Shown here: positions 8,601-16,947 of the stretch, piece after piece
How the letters are laid out: the number at the start of each line of letters is the position of its first letter
How positions within the stretch are numbered: position 1 is the stretch's first letter
NCBI GenBank assembly: GCA_024711025.1
Contig: JANJTP010000019.1
Coordinates: forward strand, 10,005-74,004
Direction of reading: 5' to 3'
From: Solirubrobacteraceae bacterium
GTDB lineage: Bacteria; Actinomycetota; Thermoleophilia; Solirubrobacterales; Solirubrobacteraceae
Length of the DNA: 64,000 bases
The notes under the pieces: model-generated
Seen by the model: the letters and a program-made list of their open reading frames with translations, nothing else
Told to the model about the DNA's origin: nothing
Databases searched by the model: none
Translations under genes and position numbers: made by a program

Positions 8601-9463
8601 GCGGGCCGGCGTCGGCGAGCCTCGCCGGTCGACACGCCGCCGCGCTCGCGCCGCTCGACCCTGCCGGTCGACACGCCGCCGCGCTCGCGCCGCTCGACCT
8701 CGCCGGCCGCGTCGCCGTCGTCACCGGGGCGGGCAGCGCCGGCGGCATCGGCTTCGCGTGCGCGCGCCGGCTCGGCGCGCTGGGAGCCTCCGTGCTCGTC
8801 ACGTCGACGACCGAGCGGGTCCACGAGCGCGCGGTCGAGCTCGTCGCGGACGGCGTGGACGCCGCGGGCTTCGTCGCCGACCTGCGCGACCCCGCCCGGG
8901 CAGAGGCCTTGCTGAGCGAGGCCGATCGGCGCTTCGGGGGCATCGACGTGCTCGTCAACAACGCCGGCATGACGTCGGTGTCCGACCCGCAGGACCCGGC
9001 CGGGCTCGCGGAGACGACCGGCGCCCAGTGGCGCGCGGCGCTCGAGCGCAACCTCTCGACCGCGTTCCACGTCACCCGCGCCGCGCTCCCCTCGATGCTC
9101 GCCGCCGGCTATGGACGGATCGTCAACGTCGCCTCAACGTCGGGGGCGGTCGGGGCGTACCCGGGGGACGCCGGCTACCACGCCGCGAAGGCGGGGATGG
9201 TCGGGCTCACCCGCGCGCTCGCGATCGAGACGGCGGCGCAGGGGATCACCGTCAACGCCGTCGCCCCCGGCTGGATCGCGACGCCGTCGTCGACGCCCCG
9301 CGAGCTGGCGATGGGTGAGGCGACGCCCGTCGGGCGGCCGGGCACGCCGGACGAGGTCGCCGCGGTCGTCGCGCTCCTCAGCGTGCCCGCGGCCTCGTAC
9401 CTGACCGGCCAGCTGCTCGTCGTCGACGGCGGCAACTCGATCGCGGAGGAGAGGCATGTCTGA
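8597..9463 (+). CDS. short-chain dehydrogenase/reductase (FabG-like)
   Basis: In-frame part of ORF 8054..9463(+), with a GTGA start-stop overlap to the aminotransferase. TGxxxGxG (VVTGAGSAGGIG), NNAG and YxxxK (YHAAKAG) are present. The N-terminus contains an in-frame 39-nt duplication. Confidence 0.85.
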   Translation: MSGPASASLAGRHAAALAPLDPAGRHAAALAPLDLAGRVAVVTGAGSAGGIGFACARRLGALGASVLVTSTTERVHERAVELVADGVDAAGFVADLRDPARAEALLSEADRRFGGIDVLVNNAGMTSVSDPQDPAGLAETTGAQWRAALERNLSTAFHVTRAALPSMLAAGYGRIVNVASTSGAVGAYPGDAGYHAAKAGMVGLTRALAIETAAQGITVNAVAPGWIATPSSTPRELAMGEATPVGRPGTPDEVAAVVALLSVPAASYLTGQLLVVDGGNSIAEERHV

Positions 9464-9938
9464 CCGCGCGCCGCGCGCGCGGCGCAGCCAGGTCGCCCTC
9501 GACGAGACCGACAAGGCGATCCTCCGCGAGCTGCAGCACGACGGGCGCATGTCGTACGCGGCGCTCGGGCCGAAGGTCGGCCTCTCGGCGCCGGCCGTTC
9601 GCCAGCGCATCCAGCGGCTGACGGACAGCGGCGTGCTGCACGTGGTCGGCGTCACCGATCCGCTCGCGCTGGGACTGCCGGTCATGGCGATGCTCGGCGT
9701 ACGCGCCGACGGCGATGTGCGCGAGATCGCCGACCGGATCGGGGAGGTCGACGCCGTGATCTACCTGGTCCTGACCTCCGGCGCCTACGACCTGCTCGTC
9801 GAGGTCGTCTGCCGCGAGCCGCACGAGCTGCTCGACGTCGTCAACGACGACATCAAGGCGATCCCGGGCGTGCGGTCGGTGGAGTCGCTGGTCTATCTCG
9901 ACATCCACACGCACCGCTTCACCTGGGGCGTGCCGTGA
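9456..9938 (+). CDS. Lrp/AsnC family transcriptional regulator
   Basis: ORF 9456..9938(+). N-terminal HTH (LDETDKAILRELQHDGRMSYAALGPKVGLSAPAVRQRIQRL) plus a C-terminal RAM/AsnC_trans_reg domain. It overlaps the SDR stop by 8 nt. Confidence 0.9.
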   Translation: MSDRAPRARRSQVALDETDKAILRELQHDGRMSYAALGPKVGLSAPAVRQRIQRLTDSGVLHVVGVTDPLALGLPVMAMLGVRADGDVREIADRIGEVDAVIYLVLTSGAYDLLVEVVCREPHELLDVVNDDIKAIPGVRSVESLVYLDIHTHRFTWGVP

Positions 9939-10191
9939 TCCTGACGGGGGCGCCAGCCGGGGGGAGTCACCGGCGCGCCCGCCTTCGGTTCAGGTGTCGC
10001 GATATTCGCCAGCCGCTCCCGCGCGACATCTAGCCGGGCCGCCGGCGCGCTCCCTTCGATCCAGGCGCCGCGATCCACCGGGCGCCCCGCCGGGCGCGCA
10101 TGACCCGCCGCCTGCCGTCTTGAGCGGCACCGCGGCGCCGTGGTAGCCTCGCACGGGTCCGATCCCAACGCCGTGGTCTGAAGGGGGCCTC

Positions 10192-10887
10192 ATGACGCGG
10201 CGCAGCGAGCGGCAGGGGAAAGGGGGGACCATTTCCCGCGAGACCCGCAGCCGCCTGCGCGTCGCCGTCGGTGAGCGTCCGCTTCTGCTGCTCGCCGGAC
10301 TCGTTCGGCTGCTCGACGACGCCGGCCTGGACGTCTGCTGCGCCGCGAGCGAGCCCCAGGCGCTCGCCAGGGGGCTGCCGGCCGCCGCTCCCGAGGTCTC
10401 GCTGCTCGACGCGCGGCTCGCCAACGGCGACGGCCCGCTGGACTTCCTGGCAGTCGTCAGGGAGGCGTGTCCCGAGCTGCGGATCGTCGTGCTGCTCGAC
10501 GGGCTTACCGCCGAGCTCGCGCACGCCGCGATGCTCTACGAGGTCGACGGGGTGGTCCTCGGCAGCGAGTCTCCCGAAGCGATCGTCGAGGCGCTCTCGC
10601 AGGTCGCGGCCGGGCGCGCCGTCTTCCCTGCCGGCTGGCTCGGAATGCTCCACCGGGCGGAGACCCAGAGCGTCTTCGCCCGGCTCTCAGGCCGGCAGCT
10701 CGAGGTGCTCGAGCTGCTGGCGACCGGGCTCGACAACCAGCGCATCGCGGAGCTGCTGCAGATATCCCGCAACACCGTGAAGTTCCACGTGCGGGTGATC
10801 TACGAGCGCCTCGGCGTCACGAACCGGGTCCAGGCGGCCGCGGTCCTCGGCGACGCCATCGCCTCCACCGGATCCGCCCGCGCCTGA
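10192..10887 (+). CDS. LuxR/NarL-family regulator with atypical receiver domain
   Basis: ORF 10192..10887(+). C-terminal GerE/LuxR HTH (LSGRQLEVLELLATGLDNQRIAELLQISRNTVKFHVRVIYERLGV). The receiver-like N-terminus keeps the acceptor Asp (VSLLDARL) but lacks the acidic pair (RVAVGERP) and the conserved Lys (VVLGSE). Confidence 0.8.
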   Translation: MTRRSERQGKGGTISRETRSRLRVAVGERPLLLLAGLVRLLDDAGLDVCCAASEPQALARGLPAAAPEVSLLDARLANGDGPLDFLAVVREACPELRIVVLLDGLTAELAHAAMLYEVDGVVLGSESPEAIVEALSQVAAGRAVFPAGWLGMLHRAETQSVFARLSGRQLEVLELLATGLDNQRIAELLQISRNTVKFHVRVIYERLGVTNRVQAAAVLGDAIASTGSARA

Positions 10888-10905
10888 GTCGCCGCGAGGC
10901 CCGGC

Positions 10906-11592
10906 TCAGGCTGCCGCCGGCCTGCGCGGCGTCGCCTTCGCCAGGCGGCCGAAGACGACGATCCGCTCACGGGCGCTGAACAGCGGGTGGCAGGCGGTCA
11001 GCACGATCCGCTCGGCGCCGCTGCGGCTGTTCAGGACGCTCACGGTCTGCGGCGCGACGATCCGCCGGCCCGTGACGACGTAGTCGAAGCGCCCGTAGGG
11101 CATCGTCAGGCTGATCCGCTGGCCGGGGCGGAGCTCGTCGATCTTGCGGAACGGCTGCAGGTAGGTGGTGCGGTGGCCCGCCAGCCCGACGGTCCCGCGC
11201 TCGCCGGGGAGCCGCGTCTGCGTGTAGTGACCGGGACCGATCTTGAGGTCGTCGGTGTCGGCGCCCTGGACGACCATCATCCGAAGGCCGATCGAGGGGA
11301 TCTCCAGGCGCCCGATCGGATCGCCGTTCTCGACCTTGCGCTCGAGCTGCCTCGCCGCCTGGCGCATCCTGGCCTCGGACCGCGCCGTGTCCTCGCCGGA
11401 GCCGGCCGGCTGCACCGGCGTGATGTCGGCGAGGCTGCGGTCGAGCTGCGCGAAGCGCTTCTCGAGCTCGCTCTGGTCGTTTCGCGTGAGGAACCAGGTG
11501 ACCGGCTCCTTCCACGTGAGCGTCAGCGCGACGTCCACCAGGAGCAGCACTCCCACGACGGCGAGGACGGCGCCGACGTAGCGGCGGATCAT
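10906..11592 (-). CDS. class E sortase (transpeptidase)
   Basis: ORF 10906..11592(-). N-terminal TM anchor, catalytic His (GLAGHRTTY), Cys (IVLTACHP) and Arg (RIVVFGR). The length and architecture match actinobacterial SrtE. Confidence 0.85.
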   Translation of the reverse strand: MIRRYVGAVLAVVGVLLLVDVALTLTWKEPVTWFLTRNDQSELEKRFAQLDRSLADITPVQPAGSGEDTARSEARMRQAARQLERKVENGDPIGRLEIPSIGLRMMVVQGADTDDLKIGPGHYTQTRLPGERGTVGLAGHRTTYLQPFRKIDELRPGQRISLTMPYGRFDYVVTGRRIVAPQTVSVLNSRSGAERIVLTACHPLFSARERIVVFGRLAKATPRRPAAA

Positions 11593-11630
11593 GGGCCCGA
11601 GTATATGTCTGCGTGTCTGGGCAGAGCCGC

Positions 11631-13535
11631 TCAGAGCGGTCGGCTGCGCCGGATGCGCTCGTGCGCGAGGCGCACCGCGCTCCGCGGGTCGCGAAAGGCC
11701 CTGTCCAGCGAGTACGGCAGGCCGCTCACCCCGTAGGGAACGTAGACCCGCACCGGGACGTCGGCATCGAGCGCCTGGCGGATCGCCCGCCGCGCGCGCA
11801 TCCCGTGCAGGACCTGAAGCTCGCAGGGGACCCCCGCGGCCCGCAGCGCGGCGAGGCTGCGCCCGGCGAGCGGCGCGTCGTGCGTCGCGACCGCGACGTA
11901 CGCGGCGCGCGCGGCCACAAGCGCGTCGACGACCTCGAGGTAGCCGGCTCGGGGATCGCGATCGGGGTCATCCTCGCTCGGCCACTCGCTCTTGACGACG
12001 CGCACCCGCAGGCCATGGGCGGCGACGCGCTCGGCGTCGGCGACGCTCCTCGGCCAGCGCCCTGTGAGCGTGCAGCCGAGATCGACGCCGTCGGTGCCGG
12101 CCAGGGCGCAGGCGATGTCGAGGGCGGCGGGCTGGGTCTCCTCGGCGTGGGCGTCCAGATGAACGCCGACGCGAGCCTCGGCGGCGCCTCGCAACAGCGC
12201 CTCGACGATCTTCAGGTCGTCGCCGATCGCCGGGGCCTTGATCGATATCTGCGCGTCCGGCACACCGGCCAGCGCCGAGATCTGCGCCTCGTACCGGGCG
12301 CGCACCGACGCGACCGAGTCATCGCTGCGGTTCCAGTAGCCGATCGTCGTCGCCAGGCCGCGCGAACGGCGATCGGCCGCGATCCGCAACGCGTCGACGA
12401 GCTCGGGACCCGCGAGGTGGCGCTGCTCCACGACGCGCGACGTGGCTCGCGCCGCGGTCCGCGCCGCGCCCCGAGCCGTGTTCCTGGCCAGCCGCCGGGC
12501 GCCGCGGTGGGCGATGTGCGCGGCGTCCCGTGCGGTCGCCGGGGCGGCCAGCGGGTGCAGCGGATAGGCGAGGACCGTCACGGCGTCGCGCACGTCGCTC
12601 GACCAGGGCTCGAGCCACTCCTCCGTCGCGCCGAGCAGCTCGAGCGTGTCGAGTCCCCGCCGGGCGGCGTCCCGGACGACGTGCGCGAGCAGCAGCAGGC
12701 CGGGCGAGCAGCGCGAGAAGGCCTCGTCGTAGCCGATCTTCAGCAGCCACAGGCTGCGCCGCCACTCGGCCGCCACCTGCATCGCGGCCGTTCGATCCCC
12801 GACGTCCAGGAAGGAGACGCACAGCTCGCCCCGGGCCGCTGCGCTCTCGGCGAACGCACGGAGAAACGCCGCGCGCTCGGGCTGGTCGACGAGCGCCGTT
12901 CCCTCGCGCCCCTTCCAGCTGCGCGCCTCGACCGCGAAGGCCTCGTCGAGCAGCGCCGGCACGTCGCGCGGACCGGGGCGGAGCAGACGGGTCCTCACGT
13001 CGCCCTCGGCCTGTGCCCTGCGCATCGCTCGACGCAGGTCGCTTCGCCTACGGGCGCCGAGCCCCCCGCCGAGCTCGGTCCACCGCTCGCCGAGCGTGAG
13101 CGCCGGCCACGGCTCGGCCGCGCGGACGATCGTCCGCCCACGGGGACCGAGGGCGGCGCGCAGCGCGGCCGGGGTCGCCGAGCCGGCGGGCAGGCGCTCG
13201 AGTCGCAACGGCCTGTGCAGGCCCGCGAGCCCCTCGCAGAGGCACGCGAGCGCGGCCGGCGAGGCCGCCAGCAGATCGGTCGGCTCGAAGAGCTCGGTGT
13301 AGCCGAGCAGCTCGAGTCGGCCGCTTCGCAGGAGCAGCGGGGCGACGGCGACGAGCCGCGCGCCGTCCTCGACGACGACGACCCGCAGGCGCTCGCCGGC
13401 GGCGACGCCGCGTGCGGCGCCGAGAGCCCAGGCGGGGTCCTGGGTCGCGATCGTCCCGTGCTCCGCGGCCAGGAGAGCCCAAGCGGTCTCCAGAGCGCCG
13501 AGCTCTCCGGGGTCTTCGATCGTGCGCACGGCCAT
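11631..13535 (-). CDS. fusion protein: CelD/BioF2-like (Fem-fold) GNAT acyltransferase + proline-dehydrogenase-like TIM barrel
   Basis: In-frame part of ORF 11631..13727(-) from ATG 13535 (MAVRTIEDPGEL...). The N-terminal ~340 aa are like the neighbouring CelD-type GNAT. The C-terminal ~260 aa align motif-by-motif with my recollection of monofunctional ProDH (ISIKAPAIG, VHLDAHAEE, VRVVKSEW, VAVATHDA, ELQVLHGM, VRVYVPYG). There is no stop between the domains. Confidence 0.75.
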   Translation of the reverse strand: MAVRTIEDPGELGALETAWALLAAEHGTIATQDPAWALGAARGVAAGERLRVVVVEDGARLVAVAPLLLRSGRLELLGYTELFEPTDLLAASPAALACLCEGLAGLHRPLRLERLPAGSATPAALRAALGPRGRTIVRAAEPWPALTLGERWTELGGGLGARRRSDLRRAMRRAQAEGDVRTRLLRPGPRDVPALLDEAFAVEARSWKGREGTALVDQPERAAFLRAFAESAAARGELCVSFLDVGDRTAAMQVAAEWRRSLWLLKIGYDEAFSRCSPGLLLLAHVVRDAARRGLDTLELLGATEEWLEPWSSDVRDAVTVLAYPLHPLAAPATARDAAHIAHRGARRLARNTARGAARTAARATSRVVEQRHLAGPELVDALRIAADRRSRGLATTIGYWNRSDDSVASVRARYEAQISALAGVPDAQISIKAPAIGDDLKIVEALLRGAAEARVGVHLDAHAEETQPAALDIACALAGTDGVDLGCTLTGRWPRSVADAERVAAHGLRVRVVKSEWPSEDDPDRDPRAGYLEVVDALVAARAAYVAVATHDAPLAGRSLAALRAAGVPCELQVLHGMRARRAIRQALDADVPVRVYVPYGVSGLPYSLDRAFRDPRSAVRLAHERIRRSRPL

Positions 13536-13546
13536 CGCCAAGCCGA

Positions 13547-14722
13547 TCAGCGCTCCCTTCCGCCGTCGGTTGCCATGGCCGGCCCTGCCGCCGAGCCGCC
13601 GTCCGCCGCGGGGGGCGGCGCCTGATTCCTCGGCGCCGTGTCCGCTCCCGCACGCGCGAGACGGCGCAGCGCCCGTGCCGTGTCGAAAGCGTGCCAGCGC
13701 GCCCATCCGCGACGGCCGGTGCACCACTGCAGGTCATACGAGCCGGTCGACAGCCTGCGCTTGTGCCGTTGCGGGCCGGCCAGGTGGTCCCAGATGCGCA
13801 GCCCGCGGCGCTGTGCCGCGTCCATGCACGCGAGGTCGAGGACCACGCCCACCGACACGCCCTCGTCGGGACCGGGCAGCCAGCCGCACTGATACGAGAT
13901 GAGTCGCTCCCCGTCGACGAGGTCGTAGCGACAGCCGAGCAGGCCGTGCGGCGCGCTGACGCGAGTCAGCGCCACCCCGCCGTCCGCGGCGAGCCGTCGC
14001 ACCACGTCGCGATGGAAGGCGCGAACGCGCGTCGACTCGAACGCGCCCGGTCTGCCGGCCGCCTCCCAGCGCTCCTGGTGCAGCACGATCAGCTCGTCGA
14101 GGATCTCGACGGCGCGAGCCGGCTCCTCCGCCCACTCGACGTCGAAGGGCCCGAGGCGACGCTCGGCGCGGCGCCATTCGCGGCGCACTCCGGCGCTGAA
14201 CGGGGCCGCGGGACCGCCATCGGCGATCGACGACAGGTCGGCGATGAGCGCCGTCTGCGGCGAGATTTCCCAGCGCCCGCCGAGCTGGCCGGCGAAGGCG
14301 TCCGCGTGGTCGGCCAGGAACCCGTCGAGCACGAGGCCATCCCAGCGGCGAGCTCGACCCAGCGCACGGGTCAGCGCGTCCGCGAAGTCACCAACGCGGT
14401 CGGGGAGGGCGAGCAGGCCGTTGCGCTCGACGTAGACGCTCTCCCCGGCCGGCTCGCCGGCGGTCCCCAGATGGGCGCGGCGCAGGCGGAGCGGCCCGCG
14501 TCGCCAGGCGTCGAACGTCACGAGCGCGACGCCCACCGGGCCGGCGCCGTCGCGGCCCACCGCGAACAGATGCGGGACGACGTCCCCGAAGTGCTCGAGC
14601 CAGGCCTCCGTCCAGTCCCAGCCGTAGGTCGGCCCGCACCCCGCGCGCGGCTCCAGCTCGCGCCAGATCGCACCGGCGGCCGAACGCCCCCCGTGGTCGA
14701 GGATCTCCACGTCGACCGCCAT
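13547..14722 (-). CDS. CelD/BioF2-like GNAT family acyltransferase (Acetyltransf_6 type)
   Basis: ORF 13547..14740(-). ATG 14722 is preferred over GTG 14740. It is paralogous in pattern to the N-terminal half of the downstream fusion gene (..WR.LE...., ..ERW......F......FHRDVV, ...Y.L..G..L..YQ.G). Confidence 0.75.
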   Translation of the reverse strand: MAVDVEILDHGGRSAAGAIWRELEPRAGCGPTYGWDWTEAWLEHFGDVVPHLFAVGRDGAGPVGVALVTFDAWRRGPLRLRRAHLGTAGEPAGESVYVERNGLLALPDRVGDFADALTRALGRARRWDGLVLDGFLADHADAFAGQLGGRWEISPQTALIADLSSIADGGPAAPFSAGVRREWRRAERRLGPFDVEWAEEPARAVEILDELIVLHQERWEAAGRPGAFESTRVRAFHRDVVRRLAADGGVALTRVSAPHGLLGCRYDLVDGERLISYQCGWLPGPDEGVSVGVVLDLACMDAAQRRGLRIWDHLAGPQRHKRRLSTGSYDLQWCTGRRGWARWHAFDTARALRRLARAGADTAPRNQAPPPAADGGSAAGPAMATDGGRER

Positions 14723-14834
14723 CCCTCCGTCGCCCCGCACGCGCCGAAGCCTAGGCCAGCGGCGCGGGTCGTCGCCGACAGGTGGACAGCCGTCCAGCGC
14801 GCGCCTGCAACCGATCGCCCGGCGTCGACGACCG

Positions 14835-14864
14835 TTCGATTTTTCCTTTGGCGATCTCTACTAT
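14835..14864 (+). promoter_or_regulatory. candidate sigma70-type promoter for the 14950 operon
   Basis: TTCGAT (14835-14840), 18 nt spacer, TACTAT (14859-14864), in a locally AT-richer divergent intergenic region. A GACGTAC-N4-GACGTAC direct repeat follows at about 14918-14935. Sequence resemblance only. Confidence 0.35.
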
Positions 14865-14949
14865 CCTCAGCGAGGCGGTCGCGGTGAGTCGGAATCGGAT
14901 CGGCTCGTCTCGATCGTGACGTACCAAGGACGTACAACTCAATCTGCTC

Positions 14950-15705
14950 GTGGCCCGCTTGACGGTCGCGGCGCAATTCGGGGGGAACCGAAGTTTGAGG
15001 CTGGAAGGACCCACGCCAACTAGCGCACGGCTGCCGCTACTCGTCATCGTCCTGCTGTCATGGTCCGTGACGGCGGGGGTCGCCGCGATCGCATCGCTCG
15101 CCTCGCCCTGGCTCGCGGCGGCTGCTGCCGGAATCTCGGCGCTCGTCGTGCTCAGCACGATCCCCGGGGCATGGGCGTACCGCCTGGGCGCGGCGTCCCT
15201 GATGCTGACCGCCGGCTTGGCGCCCGTCGTGCCGATCGCCGCGCTCGCGCTCGGCGGGGCTCTGGCTGCCGGCGCCCTGCTGCGGCCGGTGCCTACCGCG
15301 CACGACCAGACGATGGCCGATCTGCAGCGCCATGTCGCGCGCAGCCGCCGCCTGGGGGAGCCGACCTGGGTGATGGCGCTGCGACTCGACGACTGCGACG
15401 CCGACCGGCTCGACAGGCTGCGCGGCCTCTTTCGCGTGACCGACGGCGTGCTGACCGTCTCGCGTGAGCGCAGCGTCGAGGCGCTTGCCGTCCTGCACGG
15501 GGAGGACTTCTCGCCGGAGGGCCTCGAGTGCCGGATAGTCGCCGAGGTCGGGCGCGCCGCACGCATCGGCTGGGCGCAGTTCGGGCCCGACGGCATGGCG
15601 CTCGACGTGCTCGCCGAGCATGCCCGCGCGGCACTCGACAAGCCGCCCGCAGCCGTCGGCCACGGCGCGCGCAGGTTGGTTCCCTCCACCGGGAGCGCGG
15701 TCTGA
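14950..15705 (+). CDS. membrane protein with degenerate GGDEF-like cytoplasmic domain (RxxD I-site retained)
   Basis: ORF 14950..15705(+) with a GTG start. An in-frame TTG near 14995 with a GGGGGG upstream is an alternative start. There are 3-4 N-terminal TM helices. The C-terminal domain follows the GGDEF-domain pattern (WVMALRLDD.., RVTDGVLTVSRERSVEALAVL, IGWAQFGPDGMALDVLAEHARAAL), with SRERS where GG(D/E)EF would sit. Confidence 0.55.
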   Translation: MARLTVAAQFGGNRSLRLEGPTPTSARLPLLVIVLLSWSVTAGVAAIASLASPWLAAAAAGISALVVLSTIPGAWAYRLGAASLMLTAGLAPVVPIAALALGGALAAGALLRPVPTAHDQTMADLQRHVARSRRLGEPTWVMALRLDDCDADRLDRLRGLFRVTDGVLTVSRERSVEALAVLHGEDFSPEGLECRIVAEVGRAARIGWAQFGPDGMALDVLAEHARAALDKPPAAVGHGARRLVPSTGSAV

Positions 15706-16715
15706 TGGTCGTCCGCTCGCTTCCGGGCTCCACGCTCGCCGGCCAGCGCATCCTCGTCACAGGCGCCGCCGGGTTCATCGGCTCGCACCTCTCCGAGCGG
15801 CTGCTCGCCGAGGGCGCCGAGGTCGTCGGCGTCGACGGGTTCACCGACTTCTACCCGGCGGCGATCAAGCGGGCGAACCTCGCGCTCGCCCGCGAGCACG
15901 ACGCGTTCGCCCTGCATCGGATCGATCTCGCCGACGGCGATCTCGACGGGCTGCTCGACGACGTCGACGCCGTCGTGCACCTCGCGGCCCAGGCCGGCGT
16001 GCGCGGCAGCTTCGGCGAGGGCTTCGCCATGTACGTGCGCAACACCGTCCTGGCGACCCAGCGCCTGCTCGAGGCCGCCGCCGGGCGCGGCCTCGAGCGG
16101 TTCGTGTACGCCTCGTCGTCGTCGGTCTACGGCACCGCCGATCGCTTCCCGACCGCCGAGGGCACCGACCGCCGCCCGGTGTCGCCCTACGGGATCACCA
16201 AGGCGACGACCGAGGACCTCGCTTCGGTCTACCACCAGACGCGTGCCGTGCCGACGGTGGGGCTGCGCTACTTCACCGTCTACGGCCCGCGCCAGCGTCC
16301 CGACATGGCCTTCTCGCGCTTCTTCGCGCGGATCGCCGCCGGGGAGAAGGTGCCCGTCTACGGCACCGGCCGGCAGATTCGCGACTTCACTTACGTCGAG
16401 GACATCGTCGCGGGCACGGTTGCCGCGATCGAGCACGGCGTTCCCGGCCGCGTCTACAACCTCGGCGGCGGCACGCCGGTGGCGCTCTCGGATGCGATCG
16501 AGATGATCGGCGAGGTCGTCGGTCGCCCCGTGCTGATCGAGCGTCGCGACCCGCCGATGGGCGAGGCGGCGCGCACCGGCTCGGATTGCACGCTCGCCGC
16601 ACGCGAGCTCGGCTGGCGGCCGACGTTCACGCTGCGCGAAGGGCTCGAGGCCCAGCACGCGTGGCTGAGCGAGCAGGCGGGCGCAGCGCGCTCCCAGGTC
16701 GGCCTGGCCGCCTGA
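15705..16715 (+). CDS. NAD-dependent nucleotide-sugar epimerase/dehydratase (UDP-glucuronate/UDP-glucose 4-epimerase-like)
   Basis: In-frame part of ORF 15528..16715(+) from ATG 15705 (TGATG overlap). Rossmann GAAGFIGSH, catalytic SSS...YGITK (YxxxK), and FTYVEDIV. Confidence 0.9.
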   Translation: MVVRSLPGSTLAGQRILVTGAAGFIGSHLSERLLAEGAEVVGVDGFTDFYPAAIKRANLALAREHDAFALHRIDLADGDLDGLLDDVDAVVHLAAQAGVRGSFGEGFAMYVRNTVLATQRLLEAAAGRGLERFVYASSSSVYGTADRFPTAEGTDRRPVSPYGITKATTEDLASVYHQTRAVPTVGLRYFTVYGPRQRPDMAFSRFFARIAAGEKVPVYGTGRQIRDFTYVEDIVAGTVAAIEHGVPGRVYNLGGGTPVALSDAIEMIGEVVGRPVLIERRDPPMGEAARTGSDCTLAARELGWRPTFTLREGLEAQHAWLSEQAGAARSQVGLAA

Positions 16716-16772
16716 GGCGGCGGGTCGTGGGCCGGCGGCCGGGGCGGTCTCGGCCGGCCCGGTCTCGATCGG

Positions 16773-16875
16773 CCCGACAGAGGGCTCGCCGGGGGTCGCG
16801 GAGCGTCGTCTGCGACCCGGTGTCGGTCGCCCGACAGAGGGCGCCGGGGGTCGCGGAGCGTCGTCTGCGACCCGG
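16773..16875. repeat. ~57-nt tandem repeat x2
   Basis: CCCGACAGAGGGC(TC)GCCGGGGGTCGCGGAGCGTCGTCTGCGACCCGG occurs at 16773-16820 and 16830-16875. Each copy holds an internal GGTCGC...GCGACC inverted repeat. Confidence 0.85.
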
Positions 16876-16920
16876 GTACCGGCTCGCAGACGACGAGCGC
16901 CCGGCCGGGGCCGGGCGCTC
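16859..16920. terminator. two adjacent GC-rich hairpins between convergent genes (candidate bidirectional terminator)
   Basis: Hairpin 1: CGTCGTCTGCGA (16859-16870), 13-nt loop, TCGCAGACGACG (16884-16895). Hairpin 2: palindrome GAGCGCCCGGCC-GG-GGCCGGGCGCTC (16895-16920). They lie between the epimerase stop (16715) and the LASTG-protein stop (16948). There is no U-tract. Confidence 0.5.
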
Positions 16921-16947
16921 GGGAAGAGCCGGGGCTGTCGGAGTCGA

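Noticed and set aside
9939-10191. Terminator or sRNA in the Lrp-LuxR spacer
   Set aside because: Only a 6-bp imperfect stem could be drawn. There is no U-tract and no conserved element recognisable by eye.
11613-13625. 670-aa plus-strand ORF
   Set aside because: It is antisense to the GNAT-ProDH fusion gene. It has low-complexity Arg/Gly/Ala/Glu composition and no motif.
14751-16658. 635-aa minus-strand ORF
   Set aside because: It is antisense to the degenerate-GGDEF gene and the epimerase gene, both of which have clear motifs. Its composition is Arg/Ala/Gly-rich low complexity.
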